DNA from: Deltaproteobacteria bacterium | GTDB taxonomy: Bacteria; Myxococcota_A; Polyangia; Fen-1088 | Length of the DNA stretch: 64,000 bases | Direction of reading: 5' to 3' | Assembly: GCA_033763315.1 (NCBI GenBank) | Contig: JANRKS010000034.1 | Coordinates: 96,001 to 160,000 of the forward strand | Shown here: piece by piece, positions 39,638-49,528 of the stretch | Numbering within the stretch: the first letter of the stretch is position 1 | Layout: each line of letters opens with the position of its first letter | Position numbers and translations under genes: made by a program | Notes under the pieces: generated by a model | What the model saw: only the letters and a program-made list of their open reading frames with translations | Told to the model about the DNA's origin: nothing | Databases searched by the model: none

Positions 39638-41074
39638 ATGGCTCGCATCTTGATCATTGATGACAACGACACCATGAGAGAAGGCATGGCGGCCACCGTA
39701 CGGCGCTTGGGCCACGAGGTTGATGTGGCGCCCAGTGGCGTTGTCGGCGTCGCGAAACTGAAGAAGGCCCAGTTCGATCTTGTCATCACCGATCTTAAAA
39801 TGGATGGCATGACCGGTATGGCGGTGCTCGAGGCCGTGCGCGAGCTTGATGCGTCCATTCCCACGTTGATCGTCACAGCGTTCGGCACGGTTGAGGCCGC
39901 TGTGGAAGCCATGCGCTTGGGGGCGCTCGATTTTCTGCAAAAGCCGTTTGCCCCGGAGGTGTTGCGGCTCAAGGTGCAACGTGGGTTGGATGTGCGCCAA
40001 GAGCGTGTGGCGCGCGTGCGGGCTGAAGCCGAAGTGGAAGCCTTGCGCAGCGACGCCAATACAGCCTATGGGTTTGGCGAATTGGTTGGCCGCAGCCCGC
40101 TCATGCAAAACGTGTTTACGTTGATCGAGAAGGTGGCCGCGCGGGATGTGCCGGTTCACATTCACGGCGAATCAGGCACCGGCAAAGAACTGGTGGCGCG
40201 CGCGCTGCACGTGCGTTCACGTCGCAAGGATAAGCCATTCGTCAAAGTCAACTGCGGCGCGCTTGCCGAGACCTTGCTTGAATCCGAATTGTTTGGTCAC
40301 GAGAAGGGCTCGTTCACAGGCGCCGTCAAGCGCAAGCTTGGCCGATTCGAGTTGGCCCATGAAGGCACATTGTTCCTCGATGAAGTGGGCGATATGTCGC
40401 CTGGTCTGCAGGTCAAACTGCTGCGTGTTTTGCAAGAACAAGAGTTTGAGCGCGTGGGCGGCGAAGAAAGTGTGAAGGTTGACGTGCGCGTTATCTCAGC
40501 CACCCACCGCGATCTGAAAACCGAGGTTGAAGCCGGCCGCTTTCGTGAAGACTTGTATTACCGCATGCACGTGGTGGCGTGCGAGGTGCCAGCCCTGCGC
40601 GATCACCGTGAAGACATTCCCTTATTGGTGGAACACTTCGTGCGTAAGCAAGGCCCGCGGCTTAACCCGAAAATTACGTCGGTGGGTCCCGATGCTTTGG
40701 CACGCCTGTGCGGTTACAATTGGCCGGGCAATGTGAGGGAATTGGAGAACGCCATCGAACAAGCGTTGGTGTTTGCCGAAGGCACTGTCATCGAGGTGGA
40801 TGCCCTGCCGCCCGTTTTCCGCCAAACCTCGCCGAAGAATCTTTTGCCTTTGCCAGCAGGCGATCGCACGTTGCCCGAGATCTTGGAAGAGCTTGAACGC
40901 CAACTGATCTTGCGCGCCTACGATGAAACGAAGGGCGTCAAGACCGAGACCGCGCGCAAACTCGGGATCAAAACCAGCGCGCTTTACTACAAGCTTGAAA
41001 AATATGGCATCGGTGTGATTGCAGGGCGTGACGCTGAAGCGGCCGAGGCTGACGACGCCAAAGAGCCGCAATGA
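39638..41074 (+). CDS. Sigma54-dependent response regulator (NtrC family)
   Basis: [44 protein letters not shown], Fis-type HTH. Confidence 0.96.
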   Translation: MARILIIDDNDTMREGMAATVRRLGHEVDVAPSGVVGVAKLKKAQFDLVITDLKMDGMTGMAVLEAVRELDASIPTLIVTAFGTVEAAVEAMRLGALDFLQKPFAPEVLRLKVQRGLDVRQERVARVRAEAEVEALRSDANTAYGFGELVGRSPLMQNVFTLIEKVAARDVPVHIHGESGTGKELVARALHVRSRRKDKPFVKVNCGALAETLLESELFGHEKGSFTGAVKRKLGRFELAHEGTLFLDEVGDMSPGLQVKLLRVLQEQEFERVGGEESVKVDVRVISATHRDLKTEVEAGRFREDLYYRMHVVACEVPALRDHREDIPLLVEHFVRKQGPRLNPKITSVGPDALARLCGYNWPGNVRELENAIEQALVFAEGTVIEVDALPPVFRQTSPKNLLPLPAGDRTLPEILEELERQLILRAYDETKGVKTETARKLGIKTSALYYKLEKYGIGVIAGRDAEAAEADDAKEPQ

Positions 41075-42090
41075 CCACGCTGCTTGTCTCAGATCCGGTG
41101 TTCATGCAGCACGATCCGGGCCCTGGCCACCCCGAGTCTGTCTACCGTCTGGCGCGCATCGATGAGCGCCTGCAACAAGCGCCCATCTCCGGTGTTGCGT
41201 TGGCAACGGCACGCGCCGCCACAGACGAAGAGTTGCTCCGCGTTCACAGCGCGGCTCACGTCGAGGCATTGCGCGCTTTGGACGGGCAAGACGTGGCGAT
41301 CGACGCCGACACGTTCCTCTCGCAAGGCAGCCATGGGGCCGCACGTGCGGCCGCAGGCGGCGCTGTCGAGGCGGTTCACAAGGTGTGGCGGCGAGAAGCG
41401 ACCAATGCCTTCGTCTTGTGTCGACCTCCGGGCCACCACGCTGAACGCGAACAAGCGATGGGGTTTTGCGTGTTTAATAACGTTGCGGTGGCCGCCGAAG
41501 CGGCGCTGGCGGAAGGCGCCAAGCGTGTGCTGATCCTCGATTGGGACGTTCATCATGGCAACGGCACGCAGCATACGTTCGAAGCACGCGACGACGTGAT
41601 GTTCATGTCGGCACACCAATACCCGATGTACCCCGGCACAGGCGCCCTGACAGACGTTGGCAAAGGCGCTGGGCGTGGCTTCACCGTCAACTGCGCGATG
41701 CCGCCGGGTCAAACAGACGCGGATTACGGCGCCGTGTTCGAGCGCCTGTTTTTGCCGGTGGCCGAGGCTTACGCGCCCGATATGATCTTGGTGTCAGCCG
41801 GCTTCGACGCCCACGCAGCCGATCCCCTCGGAGGCATGCGCGTGACGGAGCGGGGCTTCGCAGCGATGACCACAGCTGTGATGGAGCTTGCCGACCGCGT
41901 GGCCCATGGGCGCGTGGTTCTGCTGCTTGAGGGGGGCTACAACCTCACGGCATTGGCCAATAGCGTGCACGCCTGCACCCAGGTGCTCACGGGAGCGCGG
42001 CGCGAGTCCTTCCCGGATGGATCAGAGCGGGCCGCGCCCGCCGTAGCCGGCGCGCGGCAGGCGTTGGCTTTCGCATGGCCCGGGCTGTGA
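41071..42090 (+). CDS. Histone deacetylase family amidohydrolase
   Basis: [42 protein letters not shown]. Confidence 0.95.
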   Translation: MTTLLVSDPVFMQHDPGPGHPESVYRLARIDERLQQAPISGVALATARAATDEELLRVHSAAHVEALRALDGQDVAIDADTFLSQGSHGAARAAAGGAVEAVHKVWRREATNAFVLCRPPGHHAEREQAMGFCVFNNVAVAAEAALAEGAKRVLILDWDVHHGNGTQHTFEARDDVMFMSAHQYPMYPGTGALTDVGKGAGRGFTVNCAMPPGQTDADYGAVFERLFLPVAEAYAPDMILVSAGFDAHAADPLGGMRVTERGFAAMTTAVMELADRVAHGRVVLLLEGGYNLTALANSVHACTQVLTGARRESFPDGSERAAPAVAGARQALAFAWPGL

Positions 42091-42175
42091 ACGAGACCGC
42101 CAGTCGCAAAAGCCGCGTGTGACAGAGTGCTTTCGGTGCGATAAACGGGACCCCGGGCACCTCGCCCCTTAGCCC

Positions 42176-43414
42176 ATGAAAAAAGCCTCGCTCGGAACCA
42201 TCTTCCTCACCGTCTTTTTGGACCTGCTCGGGTTTGGTTTGGTTGTGCCGTTTTTGCCAGGCGTGGCCCGTGATCTCGGTGCCAGCGATCTGGGCGCCAC
42301 GCTATTGGGCTCGGCCTATTCTTTGATGCAGTTCCTGTTCATCCCGTTTTGGGGGCGGCTTTCAGACCGCGTGGGCCGGCGGCCCGTGCTGTTGTGGAGC
42401 ATCGCCGCCAGCGTGGTGGGGATGACGCTGCTGGGGTTCGCGAACAGCTTGGTGTTGCTATTTGCAGCGCGCCTGTTCAGCGGCGTGGCCACCGCGAACA
42501 TCGCCGTGGCGCAGGCCTATATCGCTGACATCACGACACCGCAGACGCGCGCCCGCGGCATGGGCATGATCGGGATGGCGTTTGGTTTGGGTTTCATTTT
42601 GGGGCCGTTCATTGGCGGCGAGTTAGGCCATTTCGAAGTGCTGGGGCGGCAAGGGCCTTTGGCCGCGTTCGCGGCGGCAGCCGCATCCTTGGTGAACCTC
42701 CTATTTGCGTGGCGCGTGTTGCCCGAATCGTTGCCCGCTGAAAAGCGCACTGACGTCAATGCGCCCCGGCGACGTTGGCGTCCGCTTGATCTCGGGGCTC
42801 TTCACCAAGTCACATCAGTCCCTGGCGTGGGTCGCTCAGTTGCGTTGTCGTTCCTGGTCACTTTCTTTTTCGCCGGCATGGAGTTGACCTTCCGCCTGTT
42901 TACGGAGGACGCGTTTGGCTTGACGGTGGCGCAAACCGGACGCGTGTTTGGTTTTGTGGGCATCATCGCCGCCGTGGTGCAAGGCGGCCTCATCGGCAGG
43001 TTCACCAAGCGCTACGGCGAAGTGCGCTTGATGGGGTGGGGGATCTGGGGCTTGGCGCTGGGCTTCGCAGGTCTTGCAGCCAGCGTTTTGCCTGGCACCA
43101 CGTTGGGCCTCGTGACTTTGATGGTGGCGTGCGCGTTCATCGCCGCCGGCAATGGCCTGACCGTGCCGTCCTTGTCCTCGTACACGTCTCGCCGCGCAGG
43201 GCCTGCTGTGCAAGGGATGACTTTGGGAGTGATGCAGTCGCTGTCGGCGCTGGCACGCGCCTTTGGTCCGTTCGCAGGCGGTTTGGCGTATCAATTCATC
43301 GCCCCGTGGGGCCCCTACGTTGTGGGCGCGATGGGCTTCGTGCTGGCGGCCGTTCTTGCACGTGGTCTGGCGCCGTTGGCAGATCACGCCCCTGCGGCCG
43401 AGCCGCAGCACTAG
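42176..43414 (+). CDS. MFS transporter (TetA/DHA1-like)
   Basis: FLDLLGFGLVVP, GRLSDRVGRRP motif A, AYIAD.T, GFILGP.IGG. Confidence 0.92.
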   Translation: MKKASLGTIFLTVFLDLLGFGLVVPFLPGVARDLGASDLGATLLGSAYSLMQFLFIPFWGRLSDRVGRRPVLLWSIAASVVGMTLLGFANSLVLLFAARLFSGVATANIAVAQAYIADITTPQTRARGMGMIGMAFGLGFILGPFIGGELGHFEVLGRQGPLAAFAAAAASLVNLLFAWRVLPESLPAEKRTDVNAPRRRWRPLDLGALHQVTSVPGVGRSVALSFLVTFFFAGMELTFRLFTEDAFGLTVAQTGRVFGFVGIIAAVVQGGLIGRFTKRYGEVRLMGWGIWGLALGFAGLAASVLPGTTLGLVTLMVACAFIAAGNGLTVPSLSSYTSRRAGPAVQGMTLGVMQSLSALARAFGPFAGGLAYQFIAPWGPYVVGAMGFVLAAVLARGLAPLADHAPAAEPQH

Positions 43415-44100
43415 TACGCGGGCGGGGGGATCTCGCTCCGCTTACGTTGAGCCCGTGCCTCGCGCACCAACTCAACGTACGTGTGTGCGCGCTCAGCGAT
43501 GACTTTGCGCCGCCCCGAACGCAGGGCCACCACATCGGTCAAGTCGCCGCCCACGCCCAAGGCGAACGCGCCCGCCTGAATGAACGCCGCGGCGTTGTCG
43601 AGCGTGACGCCCCCCGTGGGCATCAGTTCAATATGCGGCAACGGCGCTTTGATCGCCTTGATGTAATCGGGGCCGCCCACCGCGGAGGCAGGGAACACTT
43701 TCACAACGTCGGCGCCGGCTTGCCATGCGGTGTAGATCTCATTGGGTGTCAGCGCGCCTGGAAAGCACGCCATCCCGTGCGCATGGCAAAACGCAACCAC
43801 GCTGCCATCAAACACCGGCATCACAATGAACGCGCCGCCTGCCTCTTGCACCGCCATCGCGTGATCCATCGTGAGCACTGTGCCCGCGCCCACGAGTAAA
43901 TCAGGCGCAAAGCTCACGGACAGCTCGCGGATCGCATCTAAGGCGCCTGGCACAGTCAGCGGAATCTCAAGGCATTGCATCCCGGCCTGGCGAAGCACAT
44001 CGGCCATCTCCAGCGCGTCCTCTGACGTGGGCGTGCGAAGGATGGGCACCACACCGTCTTGATGGATGCGCTCGATGATTTCCGCTTTTGCCATGCCCAT
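43411..44100 (-). CDS. eda: KDPG/KHG aldolase
   Basis: VVPILR, EI.LT, VGAGTVL, PGALTP.EI, KVFPA, MPTGGV. Confidence 0.93.
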   Translation of the reverse strand: MGMAKAEIIERIHQDGVVPILRTPTSEDALEMADVLRQAGMQCLEIPLTVPGALDAIRELSVSFAPDLLVGAGTVLTMDHAMAVQEAGGAFIVMPVFDGSVVAFCHAHGMACFPGALTPNEIYTAWQAGADVVKVFPASAVGGPDYIKAIKAPLPHIELMPTGGVTLDNAAAFIQAGAFALGVGGDLTDVVALRSGRRKVIAERAHTYVELVREARAQRKRSEIPPPAY

Positions 44101-44124
44101 GCCTTGCCCCTGCGCGAACGCGCC

Positions 44125-45225
44125 TTAGCGAGCGACGCGCGCGGCGCCGCCTTTCATCACGTGCTCCACCTCTGACAGCGTCGCCATGCTGGTGTCACCT
44201 GGCGTGGTCATCGCCAAGGCGCCATGGGCCGCGCCACACTCGACCGCCCATTGCGGTCCCTTGTTTTGCAAAAAGCCATAGATCAAGCCCGACGCAAACG
44301 AATCGCCACCGCCCACGCGATCGTAGATCTCAAGCCCCTCGCGCACGGGCGACACGCAGAAGTCGGTGGCCGTGGCGCACACGGCGCCCCAATCGTTAAT
44401 CGTGGCCGTCTTTGCGTTTCGCAGCGTTGTGGCCACGACCTTGAAGTTCGGATACGCGCTGCGCACCACATCGATCATCTTGCGGAAATTGGCGGGGTCC
44501 AATTCAGAGAAGTTTTCATCAAGGCCTGGAACGGAGAAACCCAACGCAGCCGAGAAGTCTTCTTCGTTGCCGATCATCACGTCAACGTACTTCGCCAATT
44601 CGCGGTTCACTTCCTGCGCCTTTGCCTTGCCGCCAATGCCTTGCCACAAAGACGGCCGGTAATTGAGATCGTAAGAGACGATCGTGCCGTGCTTATGAGC
44701 TGCCTCCATCGCTTCTTTGGCCACAGCAGCCGTGCTTTCGGACAACGCCGCGAAGATGCCGCCCGTGTGAAACCAACGCGCGCCAAGCGTGCCAAACAAC
44801 TGTTCCCAGTCGATTTGGCCTGGCTGCAGTTGTGAGGCGGCGGTGTGTCCACGATCGGAGCACCCGACGGCCGCGCGCACACCAAAGCCACGCTCGGTGA
44901 AGTTCAAGCCGTTGCGCACGCTGCGCCCTACGCCGTCATACTTGACCCACTTGACGAACGATTGATCCACACCACCTTGATAGATGAGGTCTTGCACCAA
45001 GCGGCCCACGGGGTTGTCGGCGAACGCGGAGACCACCGCGGTGTCCAATCCGAAGCAACGTTTGAGCCCCCGCGCGACGTTGTATTCTCCGCCACCTTCC
45101 CACGCGGTGAACGTGCGCGTGGTGGCAACGCGTCCGTCGCCTGGATCAAGCCTCAACATCACTTCGCCTAAAGCAACAAGGTCAAAGCGGCAGTTCGATT
45201 TGGGCTTGATGTTCAAGGTGGACAT
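44125..45225 (-). CDS. kdgK: 2-keto-3-deoxygluconate kinase (PfkB)
   Basis: GEVMLRL, GGGEYNVA, WFHTGGI, SYDLNYR.SLW, DRVGGGDSF; upstream of eda. Confidence 0.9.
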   Translation of the reverse strand: MSTLNIKPKSNCRFDLVALGEVMLRLDPGDGRVATTRTFTAWEGGGEYNVARGLKRCFGLDTAVVSAFADNPVGRLVQDLIYQGGVDQSFVKWVKYDGVGRSVRNGLNFTERGFGVRAAVGCSDRGHTAASQLQPGQIDWEQLFGTLGARWFHTGGIFAALSESTAAVAKEAMEAAHKHGTIVSYDLNYRPSLWQGIGGKAKAQEVNRELAKYVDVMIGNEEDFSAALGFSVPGLDENFSELDPANFRKMIDVVRSAYPNFKVVATTLRNAKTATINDWGAVCATATDFCVSPVREGLEIYDRVGGGDSFASGLIYGFLQNKGPQWAVECGAAHGALAMTTPGDTSMATLSEVEHVMKGGAARVAR

Positions 45226-45379
45226 GGTCGAGGCGAACTCCTGTGAGAAAAACGCGTTGGGGACGAAGGATTGGTGAAGGCCGTGAGCGGCGACGCCGCA
45301 TTCTGCCTACCTAAGCGCTTTGCACGATAGCCTACGCCGCCCCAGGCGGGTAGGGGCGCAGCGCAATTCTGCGCCTTGA

Positions 45380-45787
45380 TTAGCCTTCGGTTTTGGGACC
45401 CGCGGGGTCTTCGGGCTTAGGTCCCCGCACTTTCGTTTCGGCCTTGGTCTCGGGGATGAGTTTGCCTTCATCGTTGGGCCGAAAACGAATCTCGGCTTTC
45501 ACCTCTAACGTCATCTTCTGCAGCGCCTTGACGAGCTCCTTGTCCAGGTCCATCCGGTCGAGCCAAGACCGAATCTCTCCGGTGGCCACCCGCAAGATGT
45601 CGTCTTTGGAGCTCTTCGCGGCTTCAAACCCAGCGGAAACGGCACGGCGGAAAAAATCGGACACGCCGCGACCCTTCTCGTCGGAGGGTTCACCAGGCAT
45701 GCCGTCGGACGCGATTGGTTCGGGCTCCGGTGGAACCGAAGAAGGAGACGCTTTGGGTGCAGGGGTGAACCGGCGGTCGGCAGCCAT
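45380..45787 (-). CDS. Hypothetical protein
   Basis: Helical core DFFRRAVSAG..KDDILRVATGEIRSWL..LEVKAEIRF; -10-like TATCCT 9 nt upstream. Confidence 0.65.
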   Translation of the reverse strand: MAADRRFTPAPKASPSSVPPEPEPIASDGMPGEPSDEKGRGVSDFFRRAVSAGFEAAKSSKDDILRVATGEIRSWLDRMDLDKELVKALQKMTLEVKAEIRFRPNDEGKLIPETKAETKVRGPKPEDPAGPKTEG

Positions 45788-45859
45788 GACAGGCCCAGGA
45801 TAACACCCAAACGGTGGCCTCGTTGGCGGACGGAGGTCACGCCAGGCTATGCTGCGGCC

Positions 45860-47812
45860 GTGGGCGCGCGAAATGACAAGACCGAGGAACTGGCGCTGAG
45901 CGACCTTGCCGCAGGGACAATCGCGCCGGCCGAACCGACTCGGCGCCCCACGCCACCGCCGCCCCCAGCCAGCGTCATCGCGGCCAGCCTGTCGCAACCG
46001 CATGCGGCTGCCGCCACGGCGTCCGAGCCGGGGGCCCAAGCGTCAGCGCCCGAACCGCCAACGCCGCCCCCTGCGCCATCGCCGGCCCAAGCGTCAATGC
46101 CGCCCCGGCGACTCACTTTGCCCGGATCTTCGCCGCGCAACGCCGTTCGCCGCTTGTGGCGCGTCTATTTTGTCACCTGCCAAGTCGCGGCTTCGTATCT
46201 TTGGCTGCGGTTGACCGCGCGTTTTCACTCAACCGACGTGGCCGCCGCGGCCGAGGAAAGCGCCCACAAGCGCAACGCCCGCCGCATCAAAGAAGCGGTG
46301 GTGGAGCTGCAGGGCCTGTTCATCAAAGTGGGCCAGCTGATCAGCATCATGGCCAATTTCTTGCCTGAGGCATTCCGCAAGGAGTTGGAAGAGCTGCAAG
46401 ACAAAGTTCCGCCTCGACCCTACGAAGACATCGAAGCGCGTCTGCTTGAGGAATACGGCGGGCGCAAACCGCTTGAAGTTTTCGCTTCGTTCGAACTGCA
46501 TCCCGTGGCTTCGGCTTCGATCGGCCAGGTTCATCGTGCGCGCCTGAACACAGGCGAGGACGTGGCCGTCAAGGTGCAATACCCAGACATCGAAGACATC
46601 GTGCGCGTCGATCTGCGTGCGCTCAAACGCATTTTCTGGGTGCTCAAGCGCTTTTTGCCGGATTGGGGTTTCGATGCCACGTACCGCGAGATTCGCGAGA
46701 TGGTGTTGGCCGAGCTTGATTACAAACAAGAGGCCGATTCGCTGCGCGCCGTGGCCGCCAACTTCGCCGGACGCGCCGATGTCTTGTTTCCCGAGGTGAT
46801 GCCCGGGTATTGCACAAGCCGCGTTCTCGTTACCACGTGGATGGCGGGGCCCAAAGTCGCCGATCTGCGCAGCTTGGAAGCCGAAGGCGTGGATCGAAAA
46901 GCTGTGGCGCGCTTGTTCGTGGATGCCTATTGCCAGCAGATCTTCATCGACGGTTTTTATCACGCAGATCCACACCCAGGAAACCTGCTGGTGCAGCGGC
47001 GCCCCAATGGCACGCCGGCGATTGTGTTCTTGGATTTCGGCGCCACCGCGCATGTGTCCGAAGCCATGCGCAAAGGCATGATGAACTTTCTCGCCGGCGC
47101 GATGACACGCGACACGGCCAAGTTGGTTGCCGCGATGAAAGACATGGGCTTCATCTCGCGCAAAGCGGATCCGGAAGTGTTCGACCGCGTGATCGAATAC
47201 TTTCACGACAAGCTACGCGCCGAGGTCATGGTGGATGGCTTCTCGCTCAAAGACATTCGTTTCGACGCTGAACAAAAGCTCGAAAGCCTTTTGGATTTGC
47301 GGGAAATGAATGTCTCGCTTGGGGATCTTCGTGACGCCTTTCACGTGCCCAAAGATTGGGTGCTGCTTGAGCGGGCGCTGCTGTTGCTTCTGGGCGTTTG
47401 CACCACGCTTGATCCAGAGATGAACCCAGCGCAAACCATCAAACCTTACCTCGAGCGCTTCTTGGTGGGAAAAGGCCAAGATCTGGGCGACGCCGCCATG
47501 GACGCCGCCCGCGAGGCCGCACTTTCGGCCTTGGCGTTGCCGGGCGAATTGCGCCGCTTCTTAACGCAAGCCAACCGCGGCGACGTGAAAGTCACGGTCG
47601 CCAACCTGCAGGACAGCGCGCGGCTGGTGTACGCGGTCGGCCAGCAGTTGCTGTGGGGGCTTTTGGCGGCGACCTCGGCGGTGTTGGCCGTGGTGTTTGA
47701 TGGTCGCGGGCAAATGGGTGCCCGTAGGTGGGCGATTCTGCTCGGGGTGTTCTTCGGTTTTTTCCTTACCACGAGCTTGTGGGGTGGCCGCCGCGCCAAG
47801 TCGCGGCGTTAG
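45860..47812 (+). CDS. ABC1/AarF/UbiB family atypical kinase
   Basis: FIKVGQ (KxGQ), LQD, ASASIGQVH, VAVKVQYP, ELDY, HADPHPGN, LDFG; C-terminal TMs. Confidence 0.93.
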   Translation: MGARNDKTEELALSDLAAGTIAPAEPTRRPTPPPPPASVIAASLSQPHAAAATASEPGAQASAPEPPTPPPAPSPAQASMPPRRLTLPGSSPRNAVRRLWRVYFVTCQVAASYLWLRLTARFHSTDVAAAAEESAHKRNARRIKEAVVELQGLFIKVGQLISIMANFLPEAFRKELEELQDKVPPRPYEDIEARLLEEYGGRKPLEVFASFELHPVASASIGQVHRARLNTGEDVAVKVQYPDIEDIVRVDLRALKRIFWVLKRFLPDWGFDATYREIREMVLAELDYKQEADSLRAVAANFAGRADVLFPEVMPGYCTSRVLVTTWMAGPKVADLRSLEAEGVDRKAVARLFVDAYCQQIFIDGFYHADPHPGNLLVQRRPNGTPAIVFLDFGATAHVSEAMRKGMMNFLAGAMTRDTAKLVAAMKDMGFISRKADPEVFDRVIEYFHDKLRAEVMVDGFSLKDIRFDAEQKLESLLDLREMNVSLGDLRDAFHVPKDWVLLERALLLLLGVCTTLDPEMNPAQTIKPYLERFLVGKGQDLGDAAMDAAREAALSALALPGELRRFLTQANRGDVKVTVANLQDSARLVYAVGQQLLWGLLAATSAVLAVVFDGRGQMGARRWAILLGVFFGFFLTTSLWGGRRAKSRR

Positions 47813-48103
47813 TGCCTCAAGTCACCGAAGCCTAAAGACGACCTGTAGTAGGATTGCCGTTGGTCCTCCGACTTGCCGTTGGTAGTGAACTGTGTGACAG
47901 TGTAGGCATGGTTGCTGTCATCGGAAATTTTCTCATGGGTGCTGCTGCTTTCGGACTTTTTTGGGCGACGCTGTCTCTCGGACGACGGGCCCAACAATCG
48001 AATGACAGGCGGCCGTTACACAGCTAAGACATTGGCTTGCAAGACACCTCGTGGGGCAACCCCCGAGGCCGTTCGATCGTACGACTTCAGTCCGTTAACG
48101 ACC

Positions 48104-49303
48104 GTGAGTTCGCAAGAAACCCAATTTCAACCCGTTCCTGAAGGAACGAACGGTGACGCCGCGCCCTTGGCTGGGCTTGGACGCCCCGCGGGTGCTGTGC
48201 ATGCGGTGACGGTTGACGGCGAATCACGTCCCCATAGAGCCTCGGGCCCCTTGGACCTGTCGGTTTTCGACAATTTCGACTTAGGCGACCTGGCCTCCAT
48301 CCGCAATCTGCTGCGGGGTGGCTCCGTGATCGATTGGCACCGTGCTTATTTTGAGACCTATGAGCAGGTTGATCGCTTCTTGCGCGTCAACGAATTCGAT
48401 CCCGTGCGGGTGGAAGACATCAATCGTCTTGAGGATCTTCGGGAACGCGCCGTTGAATACCTGGAGCGTCATCTAGGGTTCCGCATTCCTGATGAGCTGG
48501 CCGAAGGCATGCCGGCACGCGATTTGTTCTTGGTGGCGTCAAAGAAGGGCAAGCGACGCGCCCACGCCTGCACCATCTTGAAAGTGATGCACGTGCTGCA
48601 GCACCTTGAAGGGCGCGAGCTGTTGACGCGTTTGCCGATCACGGTCGAGCAGATCTTCCACCTGGTGGAGGAGAAGGTTCTGCGCACGGTGGAAGAGATG
48701 CGCGGGGCCGGTTTCGCCATCGTTGAGTTCGAGTGGAGCCGCAAGAACTCCAACAGCTTGCTGACAAAGTTGATGGCGAAAAAAGAAACCATCGCTGCCC
48801 ACGTTTACGACAAGCTTCGGTTCCGGATGATCACGCAATCGGAGCCTGAGTTGATCCACGTTTTGCGGGAACTCGTGCACCGTTTGGTGCCGTTCAACTA
48901 TGTGATTCCAGGGCAATCGGTCAACGACATCATCGACCTGCGTTCGGTGATTGAAAGCTCGGCACATCTGCAATCGTTCTTGCCTGAACTCGTGGATCTT
49001 TCACAGCAAGCGGCCGACAAGCGTCCTGCCGTTCAAAACGAGTTCTCTGGCCCTAGCTACCGCGTCATCAATTTGGTGGCGGACCTGCCCGTGCGCATCG
49101 ACGCGTATCTCAACAAGACACCTGCCGACCCGGAATTCGAAGACGCGGGCCCGGTTGTGTACGTGCTCACCGAATTTCAAATCATGGATACGCGTACGGC
49201 GCAACGGAACGAGCAGGGCGAGAACAGCCACGCCCGCTATAAAGAGCGCCAAGCAAACCGGGTGCGCGCCCGGCTGATCCACGGTCTTAAAGACCAAGAG
49301 TGA
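48104..49303 (+). CDS. TIGR04552-type myxobacterial protein with RelA/SpoT-synthetase-like motifs
   Basis: LRGGSVIDW N-term; SRK..SL.TKL.AK..YDKLRFR; NEFSG.SYR; EFQI..NEQGENSHARYK; start uncertain. Confidence 0.8.
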   Translation: MSSQETQFQPVPEGTNGDAAPLAGLGRPAGAVHAVTVDGESRPHRASGPLDLSVFDNFDLGDLASIRNLLRGGSVIDWHRAYFETYEQVDRFLRVNEFDPVRVEDINRLEDLRERAVEYLERHLGFRIPDELAEGMPARDLFLVASKKGKRRAHACTILKVMHVLQHLEGRELLTRLPITVEQIFHLVEEKVLRTVEEMRGAGFAIVEFEWSRKNSNSLLTKLMAKKETIAAHVYDKLRFRMITQSEPELIHVLRELVHRLVPFNYVIPGQSVNDIIDLRSVIESSAHLQSFLPELVDLSQQAADKRPAVQNEFSGPSYRVINLVADLPVRIDAYLNKTPADPEFEDAGPVVYVLTEFQIMDTRTAQRNEQGENSHARYKERQANRVRARLIHGLKDQE

Positions 49304-49317
49304 CCGCCGTCACGGTG

Positions 49318-49356
49318 ATTTCTCAAGGCACGCCTGCTCGGTGTTTTGAGGGAAAT
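49318..49356. terminator. Intergenic stem-loop (possible terminator)
   Basis: ATTTC-TCAAGGCAC ... GTGTTTTGA-gg-GAAAT hairpin right after the stop; no clean U-tract. Confidence 0.35.
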
Positions 49357-49528
49357 GATCTTCACTCTTGTCCTGCTATGCCAGCAGCATCCAGTAAATC
49401 TGGCGACGCGAGCGACACGCAAAGGAACCGCTTGATGAAAGCTGCCCCGTTGGTGGCCCCCACGCTGTTCGCAGCCCCGTCTATCTCTCTGGAATCAGGG
49501 ATCGACCCATGCTACAGTGGCCTCGCTT

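Noticed and set aside
41074-41100. Pxr-like sRNA expected downstream of a myxobacterial HK-sigma54 regulator pair
   Set aside because: No intergenic space; the HDAC gene overlaps the regulator stop codon.
45309-45325. AAGCGCTT LacI-type operator core upstream of kdgK
   Set aside because: Only the 8-bp core is palindromic; such sites occur by chance elsewhere (e.g. 4625), and the LacI gene is 26 kb away.
47809-47997. 62-aa minus-strand ORF in the intergenic region
   Set aside because: No recognisable motif or SD; composition is not gene-like.
49385-49445. Possible c-di-GMP-I riboswitch (..GTAAA..ACGCAAAG..)
   Set aside because: P1 GNRA loop and P2 receptor stem cannot be built.
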